A DNA stretch of 64,000 bases from an uncultured Poribacteria bacterium (GTDB lineage: Bacteria > Poribacteria > WGA-4E > WGA-3G): NCBI GenBank assembly GCA_951813565.1, contig OX638351.1, positions 4,416,001-4,480,000 on the forward strand, in the 5' to 3' direction. Positions 1 through 9,800 of the stretch are shown here, piece after piece (position 1 is the stretch's first letter; every line of letters starts with the position of its first letter). The notes below the pieces were generated by a model that was given only the letters and a program-made list of their open reading frames with translations, had not been told where the DNA came from and made no database searches. Made by a program: the position numbers and the translations under genes.

Positions 1-2942
1 ACAGTAATGTCTTTAGGTGTGATAGGTGCATCGCCTTCCACTTCTGAGTCTACAAACGTATCAACACGCGTAATGAGGGGAAAGATACCGTTAGCGATAC
101 TGTCAACATACTGTTGGATATAACCGTTGACTCGCTCAAGCCGCCTGTCAAAAAGTTCATCGTCTAATAACTGCCCGCTTTTATTCGCCATTTTCCATTC
201 GTTACCGTTGAAAGTTCTATAAGCAATGTCATTGAAGGATTCGGTGCCGATGCCGAGTTCAACTTTGCATTCGTCCAGTCTGATTTTGTGATAAAGTCCA
301 GACGCAGGTTTTAATCCTGTCAGTCCATGTTCGCCTAACAAATCCTCCGCAATTTGGAGGTAGATCGGGAGTTGCAGACTCCGACCTTCAAGAATATCTC
401 GAATTCTAATCGTTGAACTTCCTGTCTTATAATCAATTATATTAAAAACCCCTTCACCTATATCAATACGATCGATTTTGCCTTTCATAAACACGTCGCC
501 AATGGTAATCGGTTTAGAGCAACTGAGTTTCGGATCACCATGTTCATCCAATGATCCGATAGTAGCCTCAAAGAAGCGTGGCACAACATGTAGATTGTAG
601 GCGCGTTCAGCTTCAAGCCATTTATGTAGTGCGGTCTGGAGTTTTTCCATTTCTATTTTCCAAAAAAGATTGTTTTCACTGATTTCCTTGCGTCCATTAC
701 GTTTTTCTTCAGATATGGAGTATAGCAGTTCATCTAATTGTTGTTTTGCTTGTTCAAAGATTTCATCGGAACATAGTCCAATTGACGGGTCTTCGTTGTC
801 ACGACGGTTCTTGTAAAATTCGCAGAGAACTTCATGAATCAACGATCCTTTTTCAAGGCTGGATGGTTCCTCTTCAACGTCTTCCTCTTTCACTTTAGAT
901 ACTAAGACTTTAGCAACAAAATACTGAAAAGGACACTTTGCATAAGTCTCCAAATCTGTGACAGAATATACCTGATTACGGAGTGTTACCAAATTATCTT
1001 GACTGTCCGGCGTTAATTCTTTTGCATTTAAGATTCCATCATACATCTGTTTATCGTGCGTTTGCTCACGACTCTTTTCAACCGAAACAACATGTTTTAT
1101 TCGAGGACGCATGTCCACCATTTCAGCAGGGAAATCCGTGTCGGAAGGTGTATCTGCTGCCCATACATGATTGCCGTAAGCACTTAGGAAACCAGGGACG
1201 CTTCTTCGCGTAGGATTAGCAATTTCTTTTGTTCCAATGCTCGCGACTGCTGCTAATTGTGTTAGGAACAGGGAGGGTATTAACTCTGATACATTTTCGC
1301 GTTTCGGCACAAGAAGATATAATCGTTCGCGAAAGGATTTAAGTATCCGATAGAATAGGAATCGATTGTCGTATAGTTGTTCATCCTCAGTACGATACGG
1401 GGTGTCTGGGAGCAGTGGATCGGGGCGATATGTCGGTGGGAATCCACCCTCTACAAAATCGCCTAAAAAGACAGTCTCAAACTCTAAACTTCTAAGTTCA
1501 CCGAGTGTGGCAATTTTGACCGTTTCAATCTTTGTCGATGCCCTGTTTTGATAGTGTGTGTGCTTTGCGATATAGTGGAGTTTTTTTGTATAATGTTCAA
1601 GAGGGTATGACTTCTTGCCTTCCGATTGTAATACAGTACAAAGTTCTTTAACGATTTTTTTGAATTGCTGGAGTGCGTTTACCTCACCTTCAACGATTTC
1701 ACGATTTACTAATAGCATCGGGTTTAGAATATGTTGGAGGACTTCGCCATTATTCAGTAAATTGTTAACATATTCCTGAAATTCATTGGGTGGAAATGTG
1801 CGTGTATCTGATACTGGTTTGACATCAGAAAAATAGGTGTTGCCTATAGACACTCGTTTTGCTGTAAGTCGAGAAAAAATTTCTTTAACAACTTCTGATT
1901 TCGTCAACGGAATGCTTTCTGAAAGCGAATATGGAATTCCGAAAGCGGGAAAAGTCTCAGCAATCCGCTGTTGATATTGGCTCACATTATAGTAGGCAAC
2001 ACAGATGTCTCCGAGTTTACAGTCGCCATCTGATACATGTTTTTGAATAAGATAAGCGATCTGATCTACCTCTTCTGATCGGTCAGTAGGTTTCAAAACG
2101 GTAATCTGATTTTTTAGATCAATTTTGTGATTTGAGGTAGTGTTCGTTTGAAACAAATTCTTTGCGAAATGCTTGTGTCGGTCATGATCGCGTTCATACT
2201 CGGAATCAATATAAACATTTGCATCTTTAAATTCTTGCACAAGATAAGTAATATTTTTATTGAGGTTTTCATTTTCTGAAAAACAGTCAGTGCGAAACCA
2301 CATCTCAATATCAGGTATTCCGGCGATGCGTTTTAAGATTTTAATGTCTGCTTTAGAAAGCACGGTAAAACCTTCAACAACAATAAGGTCGACAAATGGG
2401 AACGCACGCTTGATAAAATCATCTTCAAAATTGTTCGCCAAATAAAGGTGTTTGCCTTTCTCATCTATCCAATGATCCGTGAGTTTCTTCTCATACTTGT
2501 TGTAAATTTCGGCAAGGTCCGCTTTAGTTAGGTTGTCTATGGCAATGTTTTGGACAGTCTCGTCGCGTTCTTTGAGGTTATTTATCGTATTTGTGATGAG
2601 GGAGAGTGTGCTGTCAGGAACGGAAATATTTTGGTTGGGTCGGAATGCATTAAAACTGTAAGGAACAGCATTATCTGGTTCAGGGTTAGCTATTTCGTGA
2701 AGCCAGAGGTTTTGAAGTCCTGATGAGATAGGTTTTCTTGGGGAACGAACTTGGTTGTACAACCGTTGGACAATATTTTCAATACCATACACATGCAAAT
2801 TGGCAACTGCCCGGTTTGGGTCATATCCGATTAGCTCGCGTTGGCGTTTCAGGCGCGCAGTATCAGTCGGGACAATGACAACAAAGGTGTCTGCCTCGTT
2901 ATTTTGGATACGGGCTTTAAGGATGTCTTCTATATTTTGCAT
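1..2942 (-). CDS. AddB/RexB-like PD-(D/E)XK nuclease subunit (3' end runs off the window)
   Basis: Absent from the ORF track because it has no stop inside the window. Manual translation from ATG at 2942 gives MQNIEDILKARIQ..., and later segments read YSVTDLETYAKCPFQYF and KGKIDRID...IIDYKTG...SLQLPIY, typical of the AddB nuclease domain. Confidence 0.8.
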   Translation of the reverse strand, partial: MQNIEDILKARIQNNEADTFVVIVPTDTARLKRQRELIGYDPNRAVANLHVYGIENIVQRLYNQVRSPRKPISSGLQNLWLHEIANPEPDNAVPYSFNAFRPNQNISVPDSTLSLITNTINNLKERDETVQNIAIDNLTKADLAEIYNKYEKKLTDHWIDEKGKHLYLANNFEDDFIKRAFPFVDLIVVEGFTVLSKADIKILKRIAGIPDIEMWFRTDCFSENENLNKNITYLVQEFKDANVYIDSEYERDHDRHKHFAKNLFQTNTTSNHKIDLKNQITVLKPTDRSEEVDQIAYLIQKHVSDGDCKLGDICVAYYNVSQYQQRIAETFPAFGIPYSLSESIPLTKSEVVKEIFSRLTAKRVSIGNTYFSDVKPVSDTRTFPPNEFQEYVNNLLNNGEVLQHILNPMLLVNREIVEGEVNALQQFKKIVKELCTVLQSEGKKSYPLEHYTKKLHYIAKHTHYQNRASTKIETVKIATLGELRSLEFETVFLGDFVEGGFPPTYRPDPLLPDTPYRTEDEQLYDNRFLFYRILKSFRERLYLLVPKRENVSELIPSLFLTQLAAVASIGTKEIANPTRRSVPGFLSAYGNHVWAADTPSDTDFPAEMVDMRPRIKHVVSVEKSREQTHDKQMYDGILNAKELTPDSQDNLVTLRNQVYSVTDLETYAKCPFQYFVAKVLVSKVKEEDVEEEPSSLEKGSLIHEVLCEFYKNRRDNEDPSIGLCSDEIFEQAKQQLDELLYSISEEKRNGRKEISENNLFWKIEMEKLQTALHKWLEAERAYNLHVVPRFFEATIGSLDEHGDPKLSCSKPITIGDVFMKGKIDRIDIGEGVFNIIDYKTGSSTIRIRDILEGRSLQLPIYLQIAEDLLGEHGLTGLKPASGLYHKIRLDECKVELGIGTESFNDIAYRTFNGNEWKMANKSGQLLDDELFDRRLERVNGYIQQYVDSIANGIFPLITRVDTFVDSEVEGDAPITPKDIT

Positions 2943-2974
2943 TTTGTGGGAGTTTGGTAAGTGGAACGTGTTTA

Positions 2975-4867
2975 CTATCTAACTTGTGTACCAAGAGGAA
3001 CTTCTGTTTCAGGACTTGCTAACACCACCGCATCACCGCTCGCCGCGAGAATCATGCCGTGCGATTCAACATTGCGGATTGTCGCGGGTTCTAAATTTAC
3101 GACTACAATTACTTGTCTGCCTACCAATGTATCTGGCTGATAGTGTTCTGCTATTCCTGCGACTACTTGCCGTTTTTCTGTGCCGAGGTCTACCTGTAGT
3201 TTGAGGAGACGATCCGCGCCTTCAATTGGCTCAGCGGAGGTGACACACCCAACCCGTAAATCCAGTTTTTGAAAGTCGGCAAACGAGATAAGGTTGCTCT
3301 TTTTCTCTTGCGACTTTTGTTTGGGTTTAGCTGCTTTCGGTTGTGTTGCTTTTTCTTTTTTGAGATCAATACGCGGGAAGATAGGTTCACCTTTGCTGAC
3401 CTTTAGGTCTACAGGTAAACGTCCCCATTCTGCAGTGATATCAAATTCTGCTAAACCGATCTGTTTCTGAATTTTCTCAGCGGTGTCTGGAATAAAAGGT
3501 GAAATTAAGACTGAAACGAACCGCAGTGCCTCTAAGCTATTGTAAAGGATAGTTCCCATCCTCGGCTTTGTCTCTGGCTTCGCGAGCGTCCAGACTTCTG
3601 TCTGTTGCACATAACGGTTGACGCGCCGCACAAATTCCCAAATAGTTTCCAATGCGCTGTCAAATGCATAAGTTTCTATGTGCGCGTCTAATCCATCAAG
3701 CGTCTTTTGTGCCATCTCTTTGATTTCATTGTCAAACTCTCCCGGTGTTGTCGGTGCGGGAATACCCTCAAAATTTTTATTGAGCAAACCGAGGACGCGA
3801 TTCAGCAGATTGCCTAAATCGTTTGCAAGATCAGCATTATAGCGTTCATGCAAACGAGTAGGACGGTAGTCACCATCATTGCCAAAACTAAATTCACGGA
3901 GGAGATAATAACGGAATGTATCTAATCCGTAAGTTTCGATGTCCTTGTCCATATCAATGACAATACCGCGCGTTTTGCTCAGAGCTTCGCCATCCTTTGT
4001 CAGCCAACCGTGTGCGACTACCTGCTTTGGAAGTGGCAAGTTAACAGCCATCAACATTGCGGGCCAGATCAGTGCATGAAAACGGGTAATGTCCTTTGCC
4101 ATCATGTGGACATTGGCGGGCCAAAAGGTGTGGTACCGCTCATTGTCGGTCTCATAACCGAGTGCTGTCATATAGTTCATCAACGCTTCGATCCAGACAT
4201 AGACGATATGCTCAGGATCAAACGGTAAAGAGATACCCCATGAGACGGAGGAACGAGATATGCTTATATCCTCTAATCCAGAATCGAGTACGCTCAAGAG
4301 TTCATTGCGCCTACTTTCGGGATAGATAAATAGTGGGTTTTCGTGGATGTGCTTGAGTAAACGGTCTTGATATTTTGATAGTCTAAAGAAGTAATTCTCT
4401 TCCTCAATCCATTCTAAAGGCAACTTGTGGATAGGACAGATTTTTTCGTCTGTTAACTCCTTTTCAGGAACGAATCGCTCACACGGTCGGCAATAGTAGC
4501 CCTCATAGGGACCTTTGTAAATATCTCCGCTGTCGTAGAGGGCAGTAAGAAATTTCTTAGCACCGCGCTTATGCATGTCGCTTGTGGTGCGTAGAAAGAT
4601 GTCGTGCGAGATGTTCAGTCGTCTCCAAAGTTTGGTAAATATGGGTGTCATCTTATCGCAATACACTTGCGGGTCAAGACCTGCGTTCTCAGCGGCTTTA
4701 TGGACGTTTGCGCCGTGCTCATCAACACCAGTGAGGAAGAAGACCTCATCTCCTTTGATGCGGTGATAGCGTGCCAAGACATCAGAAACGATGGTGGTAT
4801 AGGCGTGCCCTGCGTGTGGTTCACCGTTAACGTAGTAGATGGGTGTAGTAATGTAAAATGTGCTCAT
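2975..4867 (-). CDS. metG: Methionyl-tRNA synthetase with C-terminal tRNA-binding domain
   Basis: FYITTPIYYVNGEPHAGH (HIGH variant), TGVDEHG, KDITRFH, YNADLANDLGNLLNR, C-terminal DFQKLDLRVG domain; KMSKS appears as ALSKT. Confidence 0.97.
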   Translation of the reverse strand: MSTFYITTPIYYVNGEPHAGHAYTTIVSDVLARYHRIKGDEVFFLTGVDEHGANVHKAAENAGLDPQVYCDKMTPIFTKLWRRLNISHDIFLRTTSDMHKRGAKKFLTALYDSGDIYKGPYEGYYCRPCERFVPEKELTDEKICPIHKLPLEWIEEENYFFRLSKYQDRLLKHIHENPLFIYPESRRNELLSVLDSGLEDISISRSSVSWGISLPFDPEHIVYVWIEALMNYMTALGYETDNERYHTFWPANVHMMAKDITRFHALIWPAMLMAVNLPLPKQVVAHGWLTKDGEALSKTRGIVIDMDKDIETYGLDTFRYYLLREFSFGNDGDYRPTRLHERYNADLANDLGNLLNRVLGLLNKNFEGIPAPTTPGEFDNEIKEMAQKTLDGLDAHIETYAFDSALETIWEFVRRVNRYVQQTEVWTLAKPETKPRMGTILYNSLEALRFVSVLISPFIPDTAEKIQKQIGLAEFDITAEWGRLPVDLKVSKGEPIFPRIDLKKEKATQPKAAKPKQKSQEKKSNLISFADFQKLDLRVGCVTSAEPIEGADRLLKLQVDLGTEKRQVVAGIAEHYQPDTLVGRQVIVVVNLEPATIRNVESHGMILAASGDAVVLASPETEVPLGTQVR

Positions 4868-5074
4868 TAGTATTTCTTTTGTTGAATCCCGTTTAGGTTC
4901 GGATCGCTGTTTGTAGTATGAGTTGGACTATTTGGGGACGCAATCAGCTTGTCATCAAACAATTCAAATTCTATCCTAACGGGGCTTGTTTGTCAAGGGC
5001 TTTTGAACGAGGAACAGGGTTATTTAGTTTTCGGTTTTTCTGCTATATTTTTTCACATTTCTATAAACTATCTG

Positions 5075-5540
5075 TCCGTCGGGTAGAGTTTGCGAAACCC
5101 ATAAATCAACGCTATGAATGCCTTTTGGCGGAATACGCTTTTGGTATTCCGCATGATTCAGCCAAATCAACGCTGAATACGCGTCCGGTATTCAGCGGAT
5201 GTCAATTTAAGGAATATTATCCGTTTTTTGGATATGTATAGCCCCAGAGGGGCGAAAGGTGTCCAGAACAATCGGAACACCCATTCACAAAGCCCCAGGA
5301 ATCAACGCCAAATGCGCTTGGCAGAATGCGCTTTTGGCATTCTGCATGATTTGTCGGGGGCGACAGGTGTCCATTAGATGTGGTTGTCGGACACCTTTCG
5401 CACCGCTGGGGCTGTGCACCCATTACAAATAAACACCGTTTGCTCATACTGTGCACTAAATTGACACCTATGGGTAGAGCGTGCTACACCTGACAGGATA
5501 TAAACGTGTCGGGTGTAGCACGCTCTACCCGACCTACGAA
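5075..5540. repeat. Intergenic mosaic of palindromic (REP-like) units with AATCAAC-hairpin inserts
   Basis: AATCAACG plus hairpin units near 5104, 5164 and 5300; TAAATTGACACCTATGG end near 5457-5473; GTAG-hairpins. Confidence 0.7.
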
Positions 5541-5617
5541 ATAAACTATACCACGCCATCTCAGTAATTCGGAGAGTTTAGCGGTAATTCTATTCTGGAA
5601 CAACTGAACACAGATTT

Positions 5618-5830
5618 CTACACACCATTTTCCGGAACCCAATCCGCTGTGGCTTCAGCAAATTCCTTAGAAAGCTCCTCAGAAATAGTCTGTTCAAGTA
5701 GTTCAATCAGGTCCTCTCGGAATTTTACCCAGTCATCACCGCGGCGAGTAAAACGGTGCATATCCTCAATTTCAACAAACATTGTGTCCTGCGGTTCAGA
5801 CATTGATTCTAAATATCGTTTGACTTGCAT
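5618..5830 (-). CDS. Small acidic hypothetical protein
   Basis: 70-aa ORF with GAGGTG RBS, co-oriented with neighbours. Confidence 0.65.
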   Translation of the reverse strand: MQVKRYLESMSEPQDTMFVEIEDMHRFTRRGDDWVKFREDLIELLEQTISEELSKEFAEATADWVPENGV

Positions 5831-5844
5831 TTTTCACCTCATTA

Positions 5845-6148
5845 ATAATTTCCGTTAACTCATACCAGATTAACTTGATTCCAATCTATCGGTGCGGTGA
5901 ATCAACGCCAAATAAGCGTTTGGCGGGAACGACATAGCACTATACACATTTCGCCCCGCTGGGGCTCAAAAAAGCTTCTTAACCGTTTTCTATACACATT
6001 TCGCCCCGCTGGGGCTCAACACAACTACAAGCGCGGACTCATTTCCTTAAATTGACTTCTATGGTGTGGTGAATCAACGCCAAATAAGTGTTTGGTATTT
6101 GTTGGGAAACCGCACCTACCACCCGAAAAATAAGATAATTTCCGTTAA
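5845..6148. repeat. Nested repeat element flanked by a 14-bp direct repeat ATAATTTCCGTTAA
   Basis: Direct repeat at 5845-5858 and 6135-6148; interior has two copies of TATACACATTTCGCCCCGCTGGGGCTCAA and two GAATCAACGCCAAATAAG units. Confidence 0.7.
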
Positions 6149-6169
6149 TTTGATATTACTTATCAATTT

Positions 6170-6856
6170 TTATGATGCTTGCATCCATTCGTGAATTTCC
6201 CAATCTGTTTCAAGTGCTTTCTTGCGTAGTGCTTTGCTTGGATTGACAGCAATTGGATTCCCCACGGCATCCAACATAGGCAGATCAGATTGGCTATCAC
6301 TATAAGCATAGCAATCATCAAGTGGAACATTAGCTTGCTCAGCAAACTTTTTCAACGCAATTGCTTTTTGCTCTCCGATAAGCGGTTCAGTTGTCAGTTC
6401 ACCTATAAACTTTCCGCTCTGTTCTGCAAGTTCAGCGGCTAAAACAGAATCCACACCGAAATATGCTGCAATCGGCTGGACAATAAAGTCAAGCGAACCC
6501 GTCAGTAGGACAACATGGTGTCCTTGTTCTTTATGCGCCTCTATTTGCGAAATAGCTTCAGGAAATATCTTCTGACGAAGGTAATTCTCAAACATATCAG
6601 TTGCTGACGCCTTTACCGCTGTAGCATCCATGCCACGATAATTCCGATAGAAAACCTGATTAAATCTTTCCCTGCTAATCCGATCAAGAATTAGGTAGTA
6701 TATAATTTTTGGAAGAAAACCGATAGTCCAGAAGAATTTTTGAATAGAAGACAGCGAGGCGGTCCGCAGCCAGATGTAGCAATGTGCAATAGTCGAACTC
6801 AGCAACGTGCCATCTACATCAAAAAAGGCGATAGCTTTTTTCTGCATCGATTCCAT
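6170..6856 (-). CDS. HAD-IB family hydrolase (SerB-like), ElbB-like partner of the upstream lipid enzyme
   Basis: FFDVDGTLL (DxD), LLTGS, AYSDSQSD; start more likely at 6856 or 6847 than 6907; lies directly after the FAR multidomain gene. Confidence 0.85.
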   Translation of the reverse strand: MESMQKKAIAFFDVDGTLLSSTIAHCYIWLRTASLSSIQKFFWTIGFLPKIIYYLILDRISRERFNQVFYRNYRGMDATAVKASATDMFENYLRQKIFPEAISQIEAHKEQGHHVVLLTGSLDFIVQPIAAYFGVDSVLAAELAEQSGKFIGELTTEPLIGEQKAIALKKFAEQANVPLDDCYAYSDSQSDLPMLDAVGNPIAVNPSKALRKKALETDWEIHEWMQAS

Positions 6857-6866
6857 TCTAAATATC

Positions 6867-9800
6867 CTAACCGAGTGTTTCTCTGAGTTCGGCAACACGG
6901 TTTTCAAGTTCAGTCAAAAATTCCTGATATATTTCTGAATTCTCCGTGATGTCCGCTGGTTTTTGTGAAACGTCAAAGAGAAGCGGTTTTCCAAAAACAA
7001 TCTGAATCGGATGTTTTTTCGGCAAGTTTTGTCCTTTCGGCAGTGCTTCAAAAGTTCCTTTAATGTAAGTTGGTATAATCGGCACCTGCTGTCCATAAAT
7101 CAGAAGACTGAGGAACCCAGGTTTGAAAGGCTGGAGTTTTCCATCAAGTGATCGTGTTCCTTCTGGAAAAATTAGCAATCCGTTGTTTTGTTCTGTTACT
7201 TCGTTAGCCATCCGCAAATCCTGCATAAACCGCGTAAAATTACCGTCGCGTTCTATCGGCAGTGCATTGAGGCAATTGTGCGCGAACCATCCTTGGATAC
7301 GGCTACCGAACCAATAATCCCTTGCAGCGAGCGTCCACAATCGGTGTGATTCCTGTCCTAAAGCCGTAATAACTGTTAGGGTATCTAAATGACTGGTGTG
7401 GTTCGGTGTAATAATGTATGGTTTTCCTTGTGGGATATTTTCTAAGCCGAAACACTGGAACGAGAAATAATGTCGGTATAGGGTACTGATACCCGCTCGG
7501 AAAGCACGCGCATACCAGTGCGGTTTTTCGCGCAGCTTCATCGGTTTTGCTGTTGCTTCGTTTGATTGTCCAGATTCTGTTTTCTCAAAAACCTGCGTTA
7601 ATTCAACAACATCTTTGACGGTCTCCAAATTGATGAGCATTGCATCAGGAATTGTTTGACCTAATTGAGACTCAAGAAGCATTAGCAGATCAAGCCGCGT
7701 AAGCGAGTCAAGCCCAAGGTCCACAGCTAAATGGCTATGAAGATGAATCTTGTTAGCAGGCATACGCGCCAATTGTGCAAGTGGTGATAAAATTTCTTCT
7801 GGGATATTCTCTGATGGATGTGAATCTCGTTGGTCAAATTCATCTACCACAGCGGCATGTTCGTCTGCCAGATACTCTACTAACTGTTCTTTAACGCGCG
7901 GACGATCAATTGTACCATTCTCAGTTTTTGGTAAAGTATCCTGAAACAGATGTGTTTTGTGAAATTGCTGGTAACTCGGTAGCTGCTTTGCGGTTTTCTG
8001 CAGATGGTTGTGAATTTCTACCTCAGTCGTCTCATTGCTATCTGTAGGGACAATCACCGCATGAATAGCCGTATCAGAACCGTCTTCATAAGGAATGCCA
8101 ACGACACAAATCTCAGAAATAGTAGGAATGTTCTGATAAAGCACCTCCAATTCAATAGGGTAAATGTTCTTGCCAGAGGCGGGAACGATAATATCCTTAC
8201 AATGCCCAGTGATATAAAGGTAACCGTCTTCATCAATATACCCAAGATCGCCCGTGTAGAGCCAGCCGTCACGGATTGCTTTCTCTGTGGCTTGTGTGTT
8301 TTGATAGTAACCTTTCATCGTGCTGGGACCTTTAGCAATAATCTCGCCGATACCATCGCTATTCGGGTTTGCAATATCGAATTCCACACCTTCCACTGCT
8401 GGTCCAACAGACCCACGTTTGCTATTTAGGTAGGGATTGACGCTCAGAACAGGAGCAGTTTCGGTCATCCCGTAACCTTGATAAAGCGTCAGACCAAATT
8501 TTTGGAAACCATCATAAACTGCGTTAGAAAGCGCAGCACCGCCGCTAACAAGGACGCGAACGTGCCCCCCCATAACTGCTTGTGCTTTTTCAGCTAAAGT
8601 CTCTCCGGATGTATCTTCTCGCAATGCCTGCCGTTCAATAGTACTTTGAAGCATCTGAAAGAGTCGTGGCACACTGATAAATGCGGTGGTCTTATCCTCG
8701 CGCATTGTTTTCAGAAGCGTTGTTGGTCGAAAGGCATTGACATAAGTAGCAGTGGTTCCGCTATACAGCGCCATTAGCAGGCTACATGAAAAACTCAATG
8801 CATGATACAACGGTAGTGCTGATAGAATCCGTTCCTCATCTGTCGGAGGCAGTGCCTTCGCTACTGCTTTGACGTTAGAGATAAAACCGCCATGCGTTAG
8901 CATTGCGCCTTTTGCATCTACGGTCGTCCCCATCGTGAAAATAATAGAGGCGACGGTATCTGGGTCAATTTTTACGTCAGGAAAATCTTTTGGGATATCT
9001 GCATCTGAATTAGCGGCATCATTAAATTTGTTGATATTTTTCAGGAGAATATTAGCATCTGCCAACTGTGTGCCTGAATTGGCTAAAACAGCATCGGACA
9101 CAAGGATTGCTTTCGCGGTGGTGAACTCAGCAATGGCAGCTATTTCTCCTGTAGGTGTCTGCGCGTCAAGTGGCACAACTGCACAGCCAATTTGCGATGC
9201 GGCAAGGTAAGCAATACACCATTCCGGTTGGTTTTCCGAAACTAAAACAACGCGATCGCCTTTACGTAAACCGCTATTCCATAATTGGAACGCTGCTCGG
9301 CGTGAACGTGTGTAAGTTTCTGCGTAGGTATACCGCTCCCAATCTTCATCATTTACCATCTGAAGCGCAATTTTATCGGGGATACGTTTTGCCTGAATTT
9401 CAATTAAATCCACGATTGTCTGTGGAGAGATACTGTCAATAGGGTTTGGAGCGGGAGCAGGATACTCGTCTGTTTCTTCTTGGGAAGATGCTTCTTTCCG
9501 CTTTGATATACCCGATGTTTCATCCTCAAGTTTAAGCACATGCCGTTTGATGCCTGGGATGTGAATCTCCTGAAAATACTGCTGCCAACGAATTTGCGTT
9601 ACATCAAAGATAAAACGTTCCTGTTCAATGGGTGAAAGTGCGTCGTAAAGTGCCTGCATCTTTTCTGTTTCAAATTCAAAGTTTGTTCGGGTATAAGGCG
9701 CGTAAATTCGGATGTAATGTAGTAGTGCTTTAATGCCGCTTTGCTTCACAATTAGTTTTCGGCGTTTTCGTTTTGCTGATCGCGTTGGTAATAGTGTAAG

